From the NCBI GenBank assembly GCA_965279515.1, contig CBDIID010000001.1, forward strand, positions 1 to 38,023: a stretch of DNA of 38,023 nucleotides, in the 5' to 3' direction. Of this stretch, positions 36,882 to 38,023 are shown piece by piece (position 1 is the stretch's first letter; each line of letters begins with the position of its first letter). A model generated the notes under the pieces. It ran no database searches. It saw nothing but the letters and a program-made list of their open reading frames with translations, and was not told where the DNA came from. Made by a program: the position numbers and the translations under genes. The stretch is from Turneriella sp. (GTDB taxonomy: Bacteria; Spirochaetota; Leptospiria; Turneriellales; Turneriellaceae).

Positions 36882-37490
36882 ATGCCATTGATGTTATATA
36901 CGGTTGTTTTCTTCTTTTTGTTGTGCTTGTTCGGGCTTTTCTGGTATCTGCAAAGCGGTTCTCCCGTTCGCGATGCCTATGTTTCTCCCTTATTTGGTGA
37001 TCATGAAAAAAATCTCAGCACCGAGGATCTCTCTCTTCTGCTGGGTCTCAAGCGCATCGAGCATCTCGCCGATCGTGGGCGTTGGTTGCTCTTTATTTCG
37101 ATTCTGCTTCTGATTATTGAATTCTTTGCAGTGCTCGGTATGTTGATTGAAAATCGCGGCCAGATGTATTGGGTGACAACAGTCAATCACGGGTATGTCA
37201 TCGGCGGGTTCGTTTACCTGCTGGTGTCGATCGTTGCAGTGATTTTTTCCGTGCGCCTCGTGTCTGCGGAGAAAAGTCTTTCGATCTCAAATCCGTTTGA
37301 ACGTATCGACGCATGGGAGCACAAGGTCGTGCAGGCAGACGCTGAACAGAAAAAGCGCATTTGCCTGTATCTGAACCAGGAATCCGGTCGTCTCGAAGGC
37401 TATTTCGCTTTTGTTTTTGCCCTCGTCGGCTGCGGACTGACTCTGTTAACTTTCTGGGTCGCCGGCTGGCTGATGCAGTTCGTTCGCTGA
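36882..37490 (+). CDS. Hypothetical membrane protein (copy 2)
   Basis: Identical translation to copy 1. Confidence 0.75.
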   Translation: MPLMLYTVVFFFLLCLFGLFWYLQSGSPVRDAYVSPLFGDHEKNLSTEDLSLLLGLKRIEHLADRGRWLLFISILLLIIEFFAVLGMLIENRGQMYWVTTVNHGYVIGGFVYLLVSIVAVIFSVRLVSAEKSLSISNPFERIDAWEHKVVQADAEQKKRICLYLNQESGRLEGYFAFVFALVGCGLTLLTFWVAGWLMQFVR

Positions 37491-37503
37491 GCTTCTTTAC
37501 AGA

Positions 37504-38023
37504 ATGGATCTCATCCGGTCGCAGGGCCTTGCTGCCCTGCACGCGCATTCCCTTTCCCCCGCATTAAAGGTCGATCACCACGGCGGTGCTCTTTCTTTCC
37601 ATGTAGAGAGAACGGCGCCGCATTGCACGGCAAAAATCGATTTTGAGAAATCCGTTTTTCTGAATAACATCAGCTATGAAAGCACGCTGCATGTACTAAT
37701 CGATGTCTCATGGTCTAATGACGGTAAAAGTTTTTACCGTGTGCATGGCATGAAACATGAAAGCCACGGGAAGCCCGGGAATTTAAGTTTCCCCTGGTTG
37801 AGGCGCGCCATATACAGATCCATTTCTATCAGGAAGGTGGCTCAATCCATAAAAGCGATGTACGGAAATTCCAGCTCGGTTATACATCGCGCGCGAAAAT
37901 TAAGGCGACCTCAGAAGCGGACAGGCTTTGGGTGGCGGAAAATCTTTCGGATCGGCGCGAAGACTATGGCTGGGCATCACCCCTGCGCGATAAAAATGAG
38001 GCCGACGCGATCGATGTGGATTT
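37504..38023 (+). CDS. Discoidin/tail-fibre protein, 5' part (copy 2; truncated by window end, 1-nt deletion near 37769)
   Basis: Matches 14023-14543; G4 run is G3 in this copy. Confidence 0.75.
   Translation, partial: MDLIRSQGLAALHAHSLSPALKVDHHGGALSFHVERTAPHCTAKIDFEKSVFLNNISYESTLHVLIDVSWSNDGKSFYRVHGMKHESHGKPGNLSFPWLRRAIYRSISIRKVAQSIKAMYGNSSSVIHRARKLRRPQKRTGFGWRKIFRIGAKTMAGHHPCAIKMRPTRSMWI

Larger units (their letters stand above)
23475..38023. repeat. Second (partial) copy of the unit, equal to positions 1-14543
   Basis: Identical translations apart from single-base indels; window end gatgtggattt matches 14533-14543. Confidence 0.97.

Overview
The window is one 23,474-bp unit (1-23474) followed head-to-tail by a near-identical second copy (23475-38023 = unit positions 1-14543), i.e. 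about 1.6 passes round what is most likely a small circular replicon. The copies differ by ten single-base homopolymer-type indels, which looks like long-read over-assembly, although a true dimer cannot be excluded. The unit looks like Leptospiraceae (Turneriella-like) DNA. It carries a parA-parB-rep module followed by a large discoidin/phage-tail-fibre-repeat protein, an arrangement I recognise from the origin region of Leptospira chromosome II. Its cargo is housekeeping-type: queEDC, mtnBDC, glpK, maf, bcp, pcp, cytochrome c peroxidase, MlaD, a DEDDh exonuclease and an MFS transporter with a regulator. No transposase, integrase, conjugation or capsid genes are visible. Unannotated cis-elements read directly from the sequence are two 16-bp parS-like palindromes upstream of parA, 23-bp-phased iteron-like repeats plus a G-free tract inside rep (candidate origin), a 28-bp dif-like Xer site, and a 34-bp operator palindrome. 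Best interpretation (inference): a miniature ~23.5-kb chromid or secondary chromosome with its replication, partition and dimer-resolution sites. Taxonomy and homology statements are from recognition, not database searches.
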